Assembly (NCBI GenBank): GCA_050185515.1
Contig: JBFWZG010000004.1
Location: 1-48,455 of the forward strand
Reading direction: 5' to 3'
DNA length: 48,455 nt
DNA from: Reyranellaceae bacterium
GTDB lineage: Bacteria > Pseudomonadota > Alphaproteobacteria > Reyranellales > JAQSWP01
Position 1 is the first letter of the stretch; each line of letters starts with the position of its first letter. A program made the translations under genes and the position numbers. The notes beneath the pieces were generated by a model. It was not told the origin of the DNA. It was given only the letters and a program-made list of their open reading frames with translations, and did no database searches. Positions 1 through 9,614 of the stretch are shown in pieces.

Positions 1-25
1 AAAAAGAAGAAGCGCATGGCGCGGA

Positions 26-1429
26 TCAGTGTCCGGCGGTCGGTTCGTCCGGCAGTTCTATTCCGCTGGCCGCCAGCGCCGACTTGAGCTGGTCGCGCAG
101 CCGCTCCAGCCCGGCTTCGTCCTTGGCCTCGCAACGCGCCACCAGCACCGCCTGGGTGTTCGAAGCCCGCAGCAGCCACCAGCCGTCCGGCGTCTTGACG
201 CGAACGCCATCGACCGTGCTGACGTCGGCGCCCTGCTGCTTCAACCGCGTCTTGACCTCCTCGACGATGGCGAACTTGCGCGTGTCTTCGCAATCGAAGC
301 GGAGCTCGGGCGTGTTGACCACGTCCTCGAGCCCGTCGCGCAGTTCGGCCAGGGTCTTGTCGGAACGGCCGAGCACGCCCAGCAGCCGGATGCCGGCATA
401 GAGCGCATCGTCGAAGCCGTACCAGCCATCGGCATAGAAGATGTGGCCGCTCATCTCGCCGGCCAGCGGCGCCCCCGTCTCCGCCATGCGGCTCTTGATC
501 AGCGAATGGCCGGTCTTCCACATCTCCGGCTTGCCGCCCGCTTTCGCGACCTCGTCGAACAGCACCTGGCTGGCCTTGACGTCGGCAATGATCGGCGCGC
601 CGGGGTACTTCCTGAGAACGTCCCGCGCCATGAACACCAGGAACTGGTCGCCCCACAGGATCCGGCCGCGGCTGTCGACCACGCCGATGCGGTCGCCGTC
701 GCCGTCGAAAGCGATGCCGATGTCGAAGCCGTTGTCGATCACCGCCTTCTGCAGCTGCACCAGGTTGCGGGCGACCGTCGGATCGGGATGGTGTGCGGGA
801 AACGTGCCGTCGACCTTCTCGTTCAGCACGATATGCCTGCCCGGCAGGCGCGCCACGACCTTGGAGATGTTCACGCCGACCGCGCCGTTGCCGATGTCCC
901 ACACCACGTTCGGCGCCCGTTCGCCGTCGTAACCCTGTAGCACGCGGTCGACGTAAGCGTCGAGAATCGGCTGCTGCCGCACGCTGCCCTTGCCGCTTTC
1001 GACGTCGCCTGACGCCGCCAGACGTCCGAGCTTCTGGATGTCCTCGCCGAAGAACGACTTCTTGCCCATCATCATCTTGAAGCCGTTGTAGTCGGACGGG
1101 TTGTGCGATCCCGTCAGCATGACGCCGCCGTCGGCGTCGAGATGATAGACGGCGAAGTACAGCATCGGCGTGGCGCACAGCCCGATATCGACGACATCGA
1201 TCCCCGCCTCGGTCAGTCCTGCGATGAGCGCCGGCCCCAGGATCGGCGAGCTCAGCCGTCCATCGCGGCCGACCGCGACGGTCTTGCCGCCGTTGCGCCT
1301 GACGAGCGAACCGAACGCGCGGCCGACGGCGCGCGCGTCGGCCACCTGCAGCGTCTTCTCGAATATGCCGCGAATGTCGTACTCGCGCAGGATGGTAGGC
1401 TCGAACTTGTGGGAGAAATTCTGCGGCAT
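26..1429 (-). CDS. Phosphomannomutase/phosphoglucomutase (AlgC/PgmG type)
   Basis: 467 aa; REYDIRG N-terminal motif, catalytic TGSHNP, metal loop FDGDGDR, sugar-binding GEMSGH. Confidence 0.95.
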   Translation of the reverse strand: MPQNFSHKFEPTILREYDIRGIFEKTLQVADARAVGRAFGSLVRRNGGKTVAVGRDGRLSSPILGPALIAGLTEAGIDVVDIGLCATPMLYFAVYHLDADGGVMLTGSHNPSDYNGFKMMMGKKSFFGEDIQKLGRLAASGDVESGKGSVRQQPILDAYVDRVLQGYDGERAPNVVWDIGNGAVGVNISKVVARLPGRHIVLNEKVDGTFPAHHPDPTVARNLVQLQKAVIDNGFDIGIAFDGDGDRIGVVDSRGRILWGDQFLVFMARDVLRKYPGAPIIADVKASQVLFDEVAKAGGKPEMWKTGHSLIKSRMAETGAPLAGEMSGHIFYADGWYGFDDALYAGIRLLGVLGRSDKTLAELRDGLEDVVNTPELRFDCEDTRKFAIVEEVKTRLKQQGADVSTVDGVRVKTPDGWWLLRASNTQAVLVARCEAKDEAGLERLRDQLKSALAASGIELPDEPTAGH

Positions 1430-1448
1430 GCCGTGGTCACTCGCTCCT

Positions 1449-2759
1449 TCAGATGCTCGGTCGGCCGATGCTGCGATAGACGAAGCCTGCCGCCTTCATG
1501 TCCGCCGGGTTGTAGACGTTGCGAAGGTCGACGATGACCGGCGTCCGCAGCAGCGACTTGATGCGTTGCGGCGACAGCGCCCGGAACTCGGTCCACTCGG
1601 TGATAACCGTCAGGGCGTCGGCGCCTTCCATCGTCTCGTACGAGCCGCTGCAGTACTCGATCTCCGGCAGCAGCTTGCGGGCTTCGTCCATGCCTTCGGG
1701 ATCGTAGGCGCGGACACGCGCGCCGGATGCGACCAGAGCCGGCAGAATCTCCAGCGCCGGCGAATCGCGCATGTCGTCGGTGTTGGGCTTGAAAGTCAGA
1801 CCCAGCACCGCGATCGTCTTGCCGGCGACCGATCCGCCGCAAGCCTCGATGATCCGGTTGGCCATCTCCTTCTTGCGCGACGCGTTCACCGCCAGCACCG
1901 TCTCGACGATGGTCTGCGGCGCCTCGTGTTCGCGCGCGGTGTGCACCAGTGCCAGGCAATCCTTGGGAAAGCACGACCCCCCGAAGCCGGGGCCGGCATG
2001 CAGGAACTTGCGGCCGATGCGCCCGTCGAGCCCGATGCCGCGCGCCACGTCATGCACGTCCGCCCCTACCTTCTCGCAGAGATTGGCGATTTCGTTGATG
2101 AAGGTGATCTTGGTCGCGAGGAAAGTGTTGCCGGCGTACTTGATGAGCTCGGCCGTCTCCAATCCGGTGAAGACGATCGGCGTTTCGATGAGGAACAGCG
2201 GCCGGTAGATCTGCTGCATCACGGCCCGGGCGCGCTCGGACTCGACTCCGATGACGACCCGGTCAGGCCGCATGAAATCCTCGATCGCCGATCCTTCACG
2301 CAGGAATTCCGGATTGGACACGACGTCGAAATTCAGGTCCGGCCGGCGTCCGCGCACGATCTCGGCGACCTTGCGCCCTGTGCCGACGGGGACAGTCGAT
2401 TTCGTCACGATCACGGCGTCGCGGGTCAGAGCGTCAGCGATTTCCTCGGCCGCCGCGAACACGTATGAGAGATCGGCATGGCCGTCGCCGCGGCGGGTTG
2501 GCGTCCCCACGGCGATAAAGACGGCATCGGCGTCCTTCACCGCGCCCGGCAGATCGGTCGAGAAGTGCAGGCGCCCTTTCTCGACGTTGTCGGCCACCAG
2601 CCGATCGAGACCGGGCTCGAAGATCGGGATCTCGCCGCGTTCGAGCGCCGCGATCTTGCGTGCATCCTTGTCGACGCAAACCACGTCGAAGCCGAACTGC
2701 GAGAAGCACGCTCCCGACACGAGGCCGACATAGCCGGTACCGATCATGGCGATGCGCAT
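1449..2759 (-). CDS. ugd: UDP-glucose 6-dehydrogenase
   Basis: 436 aa; GTGYVG Rossmann motif, SNPEFLREG, catalytic GFGGSCFPKD, FKPNTDDMR. Confidence 0.95.
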   Translation of the reverse strand: MRIAMIGTGYVGLVSGACFSQFGFDVVCVDKDARKIAALERGEIPIFEPGLDRLVADNVEKGRLHFSTDLPGAVKDADAVFIAVGTPTRRGDGHADLSYVFAAAEEIADALTRDAVIVTKSTVPVGTGRKVAEIVRGRRPDLNFDVVSNPEFLREGSAIEDFMRPDRVVIGVESERARAVMQQIYRPLFLIETPIVFTGLETAELIKYAGNTFLATKITFINEIANLCEKVGADVHDVARGIGLDGRIGRKFLHAGPGFGGSCFPKDCLALVHTAREHEAPQTIVETVLAVNASRKKEMANRIIEACGGSVAGKTIAVLGLTFKPNTDDMRDSPALEILPALVASGARVRAYDPEGMDEARKLLPEIEYCSGSYETMEGADALTVITEWTEFRALSPQRIKSLLRTPVIVDLRNVYNPADMKAAGFVYRSIGRPSI

Positions 2760-2790
2760 CGACTGACTCCGGGCTGGATGCCGACTGGTT

Positions 2791-3666
2791 CTATTTCTCG
2801 AGCAGGGTTCGCGCCATCCGGCGCACGTCCGGTCCGATTTCCGGGTGCGTCAGGCCGAGCGCCAGATTGGCCTCGAGGAATCCCAGCCGGTTGCCGCAGT
2901 CGTAACGACGGCCGGTATAGCGCAAGGCATGGAACGGCGCATTGCCGACCATCCTGGCCATGGCGTCGGTGAGCTGGATCTCGTTGCCGGCCCCCCGCTC
3001 CTGCCGGTCGAGATGGCGAAAAACCTCCGGCAGCAACACATAGCGCCCGATGATGGCCAGGGTCGATGGTGCGACTTCTGGCTTCGGCTTCTCCACCATG
3101 CCGGCGACCTCGGCGAGGCGGCCGTCATCCTTGCCGGTGACGACGATGCCATAGCGCCCGGTCTGGTCCTTCGGCACGTCGACTACGGAGATGACGCTTC
3201 CTTTGGTCCTGGCATGCTCCTCGACCAGTTCGGCCGTGCAGCTTGGCGAGGACAATGTCAGTTCGTCGGGCAGCAGCACGGCGAAAGGCTCGTCGCCGAC
3301 CCAGTGTCGCGCGCACCACACCGCGTGACCGAGTCCCAACGGCTGCTGCTGGCGCGTGAAGATGGCATTGCCCGCCGGAATCAGGCTTTCCATGGTCTGT
3401 TTCAGTTCCGCGGTCTTCTTGCGCTCGACCAGCGTCGCCTCAAGCTCGTAGGCGTGATCGAAATGGTCCTCGATGGCGCTCTTGTTGCGACCGGTGACGA
3501 AGACGAACTGCTCGATGCCTGCGGCCAGGCATTCCTCGACGGCGTACTGGATCAGGGGCTTGTCGACGATCGTGAGCATTTCCTTGGGCACCGCCTTGGT
3601 GGCGGGCAAGGTGCGGGTGCCCAGACCCGCGACGGGAAATACGGCCTTTCGGACGGCTCTGCTCAT
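2791..3666 (-). CDS. galU: UTP--glucose-1-phosphate uridylyltransferase
   Basis: 291 aa; KAVFPVAGLGTR..PATKAVPKEML, LGLGHAV, VEKP, GNEIQLTDA. Confidence 0.95.
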   Translation of the reverse strand: MSRAVRKAVFPVAGLGTRTLPATKAVPKEMLTIVDKPLIQYAVEECLAAGIEQFVFVTGRNKSAIEDHFDHAYELEATLVERKKTAELKQTMESLIPAGNAIFTRQQQPLGLGHAVWCARHWVGDEPFAVLLPDELTLSSPSCTAELVEEHARTKGSVISVVDVPKDQTGRYGIVVTGKDDGRLAEVAGMVEKPKPEVAPSTLAIIGRYVLLPEVFRHLDRQERGAGNEIQLTDAMARMVGNAPFHALRYTGRRYDCGNRLGFLEANLALGLTHPEIGPDVRRMARTLLEK

Positions 3667-3798
3667 TCAATATCCTGCGGAAACGCGGATTTTCAAGGTT
3701 CTGCGGCGGATGGCGCAGGCCACCCGCGCGGAGGCGATGTCGGGCTGTAAATGCCATATAAGTCGCTGGCGAACAAGGCAGAGTCGGCCGGCCACACT

Positions 3799-4503
3799 TT
3801 AGTCGCCAAGCAGCAGGTCGCGCGCCTCGTTAATCTTGGCTGCCAGATAGGTCGAGCCGCCCTTGTCGGGATGCAACTGCGCCATCAAACGTCGATGCGC
3901 CGCCTTGATCGCTTCCGCCGAAGCGCCCTCTTCGAGCCCGAGTATCTCGAGAGCCTCGTCGCGAGTCATGGCTCCGCCGCCACGGCCGCCTCGGTGACCG
4001 TCACTGGCGGATCGCCACTCCGCCCCGAGGCGACGGTCGAGATAGGCCTCGAGCAGCCTGGCCGAATCGGGATCGTCGCGACACTCACGATAGAGTTCCA
4101 CGAGCGCCTGCGGATCGAGATCTGAAAGGCGCCTGCCGGAGAACCGCCCCATCATGACCCTGCCGTCGATGCGCTGGCTGTCCATGTCCAGTTCCATGTG
4201 CAGCCAGGCGCTGACTGCTTCGGATTTGCGGCCGGGACGCGCCGCACCGGGGTCGCCGAAACCGCCGGCCGCCGCCTTGCGACGCCTGAACCAGGCCATC
4301 GCCGCCGGCGCGGCCAGCATGCCAAGCATGTAGAGCGAGCCGATTCTGCCGGTGAAGATCAGCAGCAGCGCCACTACAGCGACGATCGTAATGGCCGCCG
4401 TCGAGGCGACGAAGGCGATGCGGGCAGGATCGGCGGAGACGAACCAGCGCATGCCCAGATAGACCAGCGCCGCCGCGATCGCGGCCAGCAGCAGATAGCT
4501 CAT
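3799..4503 (-). CDS. Membrane-anchored J-domain protein (Pam18/Tim14-like C-terminal J domain)
   Basis: Start re-called at ATG 4503 (MSYLLLAA), overlapping the upstream stop (ATGA); hydrophobic N-terminal helices; C-terminal [37 protein letters not shown]. Confidence 0.88.
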   Translation of the reverse strand: MSYLLLAAIAAALVYLGMRWFVSADPARIAFVASTAAITIVAVVALLLIFTGRIGSLYMLGMLAAPAAMAWFRRRKAAAGGFGDPGAARPGRKSEAVSAWLHMELDMDSQRIDGRVMMGRFSGRRLSDLDPQALVELYRECRDDPDSARLLEAYLDRRLGAEWRSASDGHRGGRGGGAMTRDEALEILGLEEGASAEAIKAAHRRLMAQLHPDKGGSTYLAAKINEARDLLLGD

Positions 4504-5207
4504 TTCGTCTTCATCCCGGCCAGCAACAATCGCGCGCTGCCGCCGCTTCTGTCGGCGTAGCTCGACAATGCCTTCCGACCGCCGCTGGCGAACGCGGCGA
4601 CTGCGCCCAGCAGTCGACGCAACTGATCGGGGCTGGAAAGATCGAAAGGACAGCAGGCGCCGCCGCTGAGCTGCGCCATCTGTCGAAACGCCGAGGCCGC
4701 CCGCGCATCGCCGCCCTCGTGAAAAATGAACATCGGCAGGCCGGCGAGACCAAGCTGGCCCGCCAGATGGCACACCTCGTCGACCGGTTCCTCCAGCGCA
4801 TCGCCGACGAAAACCAGCGCATGAATGCGCTCCTGGCTATGCTGCTCGGCGGCATACCGCAACACCCGGGCGATTTGCGTGAACCCGCCCAGGCAGTCGA
4901 CGGCCATCATGGCGCGCTGCAGTTTCTCGGCCTGATCCAGCCACTTGCTGACCTTGAATTCGCCAGCGCCGCGATAGAAGCCGAGCTGGACCTCCAGGCC
5001 GCTCGGCGCGGCGGCGAACATCTCCGACTGCGTTTCCCGGGCCTGCTGCCAGGTCGGCTGGCGGCTCGCCGTGGCGTCCATCGCGAACAGCAGCCGGCCC
5101 CGGCCGCCAGCCGCGTCGACGCGCGACAGGCTTCCGACCTTGCCGAGAAACGTCTCGACCGCGTCGGTACCCGTTTTCTGCAAGGATGGGGTCTTCTTTT
5201 CGCTCAT
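4500..5207 (-). CDS. VWA domain-containing protein
   Basis: Start re-called at ATG 5207 (MSEKKTP); MIDAS-like [27 protein letters not shown]. Confidence 0.85.
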   Translation of the reverse strand: MSEKKTPSLQKTGTDAVETFLGKVGSLSRVDAAGGRGRLLFAMDATASRQPTWQQARETQSEMFAAAPSGLEVQLGFYRGAGEFKVSKWLDQAEKLQRAMMAVDCLGGFTQIARVLRYAAEQHSQERIHALVFVGDALEEPVDEVCHLAGQLGLAGLPMFIFHEGGDARAASAFRQMAQLSGGACCPFDLSSPDQLRRLLGAVAAFASGGRKALSSYADRSGGSARLLLAGMKTK

Positions 5208-5323
5208 TGCCTTGCCGCCCGGTTTGCTGGCACTTAAACCCATATGTTGTATCGCCGGCCCAAAGATAAAGGCTTTCCGGCGCAATAACGAGGCCGCGGG
5301 CCGGACCCGCGCAGGGGAAGGAA

Positions 5324-6583
5324 ATGTCCAACCAGACGCTGGCCAATGGCGCCCGCACCGGCCTGTCCGTGCTGTTCTTCCGGGTATATCTGCCTTTCGC
5401 CTTCGGCTATTTCCTCTCATACCTGTATCGGACGGTAAACGCCGTCATTTCCGAGGACGTCACGCGCGACCTGTCGCTCGACGCCGCCGATCTTGGCCTG
5501 CTGACCAGCGCCTACTTCGTCAGCTTCGCCGCATTTCAACTGCCGCTCGGACTGCTGCTTGATCGGTTCGGACCGCGCCGAGTGCATTCCATCCTCCTGC
5601 TGGTGGCGGCCTCAGGTGCCTTCCTGTTCTCGATCGCAGACTCGCTTTCCCTGCTGTTCCTGGCGCGCGCCATGATCGGCATGGGGGTCGCCGGCGGCCT
5701 GATGGCAGCCTTCAAGGCGATCTCGATCTGGTTTCCGCCCGAGCGCTGGGCGCTGATCAACGGCTTCCATCTGGCGTTTGGCGGCCTCGGCGCCATGTCC
5801 GCCACCGCACCGGTCGAGCTGGCATTGCACTACACCGACTGGCGTGGCGTTTTCGTCGTGCTGGCAGTCGTGACCGTGTGCGTCGCCATGTTCCTCCTCA
5901 CCGCCGTGCCGGAGAAGCCCGAGACCCATGCCCGATCGAGCCTGCAGGAAGCGCTGGCCGGCGTCGCCTCGGTGTTCAAGAGCAAGCTGTTCTGGCGCCT
6001 GGCACCGGCCGCCGTCATGTCGCAGGCTTCGTTCATGTCCATTCAGACGCTGTGGACGGGGCCATGGCTGCGCCACGTCGCCGGCCTGGACAGCGCGGTG
6101 GCCTCGCAATATCTGCTGGCGATCGCCGCCGCCATGACCTGCGGCTTCCTGCTTTCGGGCGTAATTTCCGGCGCGTTGAGCCGGATCGGCGTCAAGCCGT
6201 TCACCACCCTCTGCTACGGCTACCTCATCCTCATGGTGCTGCAGGTGCCGCTGGTCGCCAATTTCATGCCGAACGTTCTGGCAGCCTGGATGCTGTACGG
6301 ATTCTTCGGCGTCACCGGCGTGCTGTGCTTCCCCATCCTCAGCCACATGTTTCCGCTGCATCTCAGCGGCCGGGTGACGACCGGGATGAACATGCTGATG
6401 TTCAGCATGGCGTTCCTGCTGCAGTACGGCATGGGCGAGATCATCGCGCTGTGGAGCCGCGACGCCGCCGGCGCCTATCCGGCGCAGGCCTACTCGGCCG
6501 CGTTCGCCGTCGCCCTCGCCCTCCAGATCGTGACCTATGTCTGGCTTATCCTGCCGCGACGGCAACCGGCGGCGGCAGGTTGA
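5324..6583 (+). CDS. MFS transporter
   Basis: 419 aa, about 12 hydrophobic segments, motif A GLLLDRFGPRR; purine-rich RBS upstream. Confidence 0.92.
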   Translation: MSNQTLANGARTGLSVLFFRVYLPFAFGYFLSYLYRTVNAVISEDVTRDLSLDAADLGLLTSAYFVSFAAFQLPLGLLLDRFGPRRVHSILLLVAASGAFLFSIADSLSLLFLARAMIGMGVAGGLMAAFKAISIWFPPERWALINGFHLAFGGLGAMSATAPVELALHYTDWRGVFVVLAVVTVCVAMFLLTAVPEKPETHARSSLQEALAGVASVFKSKLFWRLAPAAVMSQASFMSIQTLWTGPWLRHVAGLDSAVASQYLLAIAAAMTCGFLLSGVISGALSRIGVKPFTTLCYGYLILMVLQVPLVANFMPNVLAAWMLYGFFGVTGVLCFPILSHMFPLHLSGRVTTGMNMLMFSMAFLLQYGMGEIIALWSRDAAGAYPAQAYSAAFAVALALQIVTYVWLILPRRQPAAAG

Positions 6584-7409
6584 GTTCGGCCAGCAGCGTG
6601 CGCACTTCCTGGCGTGCGGCGACGTGCGACAGCGTCATCGAAACGCCTGAGCCCTTGCGCAGGTCGAGCAGGGTCAGTCCCTTGAGGAAGAGTTCGCGGT
6701 AGATCACGCGCTCGCTGAGTCCCGGCGCGACGCGGAAACCCAGCCGCTGCGCCAGCGCGGCGATCGCCTTTTCCATGTCGCGCTTGTTGCGCGCATCCAG
6801 TGTGGCGAGCCGGTTGCGCATGACGATCCAGTCGACCGGGCGATGGCCCGCCGCCGCCCGCATCTGGCGCTGCTGCCACACGGCCTCGCTGTAGACGCTG
6901 GGACGCAGGATGCGCAGCGTGTCGGGTTCCACCCGCGCCAGCAGGTCGAGGTCGATGAAACTGTCGTTGAGCGGCGTCAGCAGCGTATCGGCCTCGATAT
7001 GCGCCAGCCGCGACAGATGCGTGTGCGAGCCCGGCGTGTCGATGATCAGGAAATCGCAGGCCCCGCCAAGCTCGGCGAAGGCATTGCCGAAGCGCTCGCG
7101 CTCGGCCGCCTCGGAATCGGTCCGCGTCGCCAGTTCGCTCGGCAGCACGACGCGATGCTCCGGCGTCGGCAGGGCGATGCCATTGGTCCTGGCATAGGCG
7201 TGACGGTTCTCGACATAGCGGGTGAAAGTCCCCTGTCGACCGTCGACGTCGATGGTCCCGACCTTCGCGCCGTCGTGCAGCAGGGCCACCGCCAGGTGCA
7301 TCGCCGTCGTCGACTTGCCCGAGCCGCCCTTTTCGTTGCCCAGCACCACGACATGGGCGCGGCCCGGCGTCCTGATCGCCTCGCGCCGCAGCGTGTTGCC
7401 GAGCCTCAT
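6546..7409 (-). CDS. mipZ: Division plane positioning ATPase MipZ (ParA-like)
   Basis: VVVLGNEKGGSGKST deviant Walker A, IIDTPG, TPLNDSFIDLDLL, DWIVMRNRL, ERVIYRELFLKGLTLLD, SHVAARQEVR; start re-called at ATG 7409. Confidence 0.9.
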   Translation of the reverse strand: MRLGNTLRREAIRTPGRAHVVVLGNEKGGSGKSTTAMHLAVALLHDGAKVGTIDVDGRQGTFTRYVENRHAYARTNGIALPTPEHRVVLPSELATRTDSEAAERERFGNAFAELGGACDFLIIDTPGSHTHLSRLAHIEADTLLTPLNDSFIDLDLLARVEPDTLRILRPSVYSEAVWQQRQMRAAAGHRPVDWIVMRNRLATLDARNKRDMEKAIAALAQRLGFRVAPGLSERVIYRELFLKGLTLLDLRKGSGVSMTLSHVAARQEVRTLLAELNLPPPVAVAAG

Positions 7410-7419
7410 CTGCCGCGCC

Positions 7420-9501
7420 TCATTCGCGACGCAGCCAGACCGCGGTATCGTGGAACACCGCGCCGCCATTGGGGTAGCCCGGCTCGGCGCTGGTCAGCAG
7501 GTTGATGCCGACGCCGTTCTCGAAATTGCGGTTGGGCCAGATGCCCTCGACGACGACGACACCGGACTGCTGGCCGTCTTTGGGCAGGGCATGAACGATG
7601 ACCGATCCCTTCTCGTTGCCCAGCCGTATGCGATCGCCGGCAGCGATGCCGAGACGGAGGCAGTCCTGCGGATTGATCAGCGCCGTGGGCCGCTTCTCGC
7701 GCTGCAGCGATCCCGGCGTCTCGGTGAAGGTCGAGTTGAGGAAGGTTCTGGCCGGCGCCGCCACCAGCCGGAACGGCTTTTCCGGCGTCGCCTTGTCGAT
7801 GACGTCGAAGTGATCCGGCAGTTCCGGCATTTCCGCGCCGCGACCGCCATAGCGTTGCCAGTCCGGCTTGAAGCGGAAACGGCCCTGCGAATTGGGAAAA
7901 CCGTTGCGGAAATGCAGCGTGTCGAAGTCGGCAACGAAATCCTGGCCGCCGCGGTCGAAATTCGTCTGCGCGTCCCACATGCCCGACTTGCGCAACGTCT
8001 CGTCCATGATCTCCCAGGCCGTCATCTCGAAGCCGCGGTGACGGGCGCCCAGCCGCTTCGCCAGTTCGCAGATGACGTAATGGTTCTCGCGGCACTCGCC
8101 GGGCGCCTCGACGACCTTGCGCGTCACCTGGAAATAGGTATGGCCGGAGGCGGTGTAGAAGTCGTCGTGCTCCAGGAACATGGTGGCCGGCAGCACGATG
8201 TCGGCGAACGCCGCCGTCTCGGTCATGAACTGCTCGTGCACGCAGGTGAACAGATCCTCGCGCGCCAGCCCGCGATGCACCAGGTCGAGCTCTGGACAGA
8301 CCATGGCCGGGTTGGTGTTCTGCACCAGCAGCGCCGTGACCGGCCCGCCGCCCTTCAGCGCCTCGGCGTCGCCGGTCAGGATCGGGCCCAGCCGCGACTG
8401 GTCGAGCTGGCGCAGCGACTTGTCCTCGACGTCCAGCCCCTCGATCAACGTGCGGTCGAGCGGATAGATGCCGGTGTGGCCATAGAGCGCGCCGCCGCCC
8501 TTGAACTGCCAGGCGCCGGTGACCGACGGCAGGCACGTGACGGCGTGCATGTTGACCGCCCCGTTGCGCGAACGGGAGAAGCCGTGATGGCAGCGGATGA
8601 AGCTCTTCTTCGTGCCGCCGTAGAGCCTGGCGAAGGCGACGATCTGCTCGACGCCCAGCCCGGTGATCGCCGAGGCCCAGGCGGGATCCCGGCTGGCGAC
8701 GTGCGCCGCCAGTTCGTCGGGCGCGTCGGTGTAGCGGCGCATGTAGTCCCAGTCGGCGTAGCCCTCCGCAAACAGCACGTGCATGACGCCGCAGGCCAGC
8801 GCCGCGTCGGTGCCCGGCCGCACCGCCAGATGCATGTCGGCCTGCTCGGCCGTGCCGGTGCGATAGGGATCGACCACCACCAGCTTCGCGCCGCGCTTCT
8901 TCGCCTTCATGGCGTGCGTCATGACGTTGACCTGGGTGTTGACCGGGTTGCCGCCCCAGATCACCACCAGATCGGAATGCTCGTCGACCTCGCGCATGTC
9001 GATGCCGCGCTTGGAGCCGACGCCGGCGTTCCAGCCGGTATCTGACAAGGTCACGCAGATCGTCGAATACCAGCGCGAATAGCGCATGGCGTGGCGCAGC
9101 CGCTGGATGCCGTCGCGCTGCACGAGGCCCATCGTGCCGGCGTAGAAATAGGGCCAGACGGTTTCGCTGCCGTGCTGCGCCGCCTTCTTCTGGAACTGCT
9201 CGGCGACGATGTCGAGCGCGTCGGTCCAGGATATCGGCGCGAACTGCCCCGACCCTTTCGGCCCCGTGCGACGCAGCGGCCGGGTCACTCGATCGGGATG
9301 GTGAATGCGCTGGGCGTAGCGGGCGACCTTCTCGCAGATCACGCCGGCGGTGTAGGTGTTGCGGTGCGAGCCCCGGATGCGGCCGATGGTGCTGGCGTCG
9401 AGCCGCTCGACCTCCAGCGCGCAAGTGCTGGTGCAATCGTGCGGACAGACGGACGGAACGATGTCGCGGACCGCTCCCGGGGCGCTGTCGTCGGGTGCCA
9501 T
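7420..9501 (-). CDS. Molybdopterin-dependent oxidoreductase (DMSO reductase superfamily, cytoplasmic, substrate unknown)
   Basis: 693 aa; N-terminal CPHDCTSTC...C Fe-S motif, PGTDAALA, ADIVLPA, C-terminal molybdopterin dinucleotide-binding domain; no Tat signal seen. Confidence 0.88.
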   Translation of the reverse strand: MAPDDSAPGAVRDIVPSVCPHDCTSTCALEVERLDASTIGRIRGSHRNTYTAGVICEKVARYAQRIHHPDRVTRPLRRTGPKGSGQFAPISWTDALDIVAEQFQKKAAQHGSETVWPYFYAGTMGLVQRDGIQRLRHAMRYSRWYSTICVTLSDTGWNAGVGSKRGIDMREVDEHSDLVVIWGGNPVNTQVNVMTHAMKAKKRGAKLVVVDPYRTGTAEQADMHLAVRPGTDAALACGVMHVLFAEGYADWDYMRRYTDAPDELAAHVASRDPAWASAITGLGVEQIVAFARLYGGTKKSFIRCHHGFSRSRNGAVNMHAVTCLPSVTGAWQFKGGGALYGHTGIYPLDRTLIEGLDVEDKSLRQLDQSRLGPILTGDAEALKGGGPVTALLVQNTNPAMVCPELDLVHRGLAREDLFTCVHEQFMTETAAFADIVLPATMFLEHDDFYTASGHTYFQVTRKVVEAPGECRENHYVICELAKRLGARHRGFEMTAWEIMDETLRKSGMWDAQTNFDRGGQDFVADFDTLHFRNGFPNSQGRFRFKPDWQRYGGRGAEMPELPDHFDVIDKATPEKPFRLVAAPARTFLNSTFTETPGSLQREKRPTALINPQDCLRLGIAAGDRIRLGNEKGSVIVHALPKDGQQSGVVVVEGIWPNRNFENGVGINLLTSAEPGYPNGGAVFHDTAVWLRRE

Positions 9502-9614
9502 GCCGCAAGTCTACCCGCCCGGTCTTCCACTTGCCAGCATGCCCGCGCTATGGTGAACGGAAATTCAGCCGCCGCCGGCGCGGCCAAGGTCAGAATCGGA
9601 GGATGCGTTCGCCC

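Noticed and set aside
7222-9045. Long plus-strand ORF (607 aa) and similar long alternative ORFs, e.g. 13411-15513, 21190-24015, 24375-26033, 40550-42739, 45635-47254
   Set aside because: Antisense or alternate-frame shadows of clearly recognisable genes, expected at high GC; no recognisable motifs.
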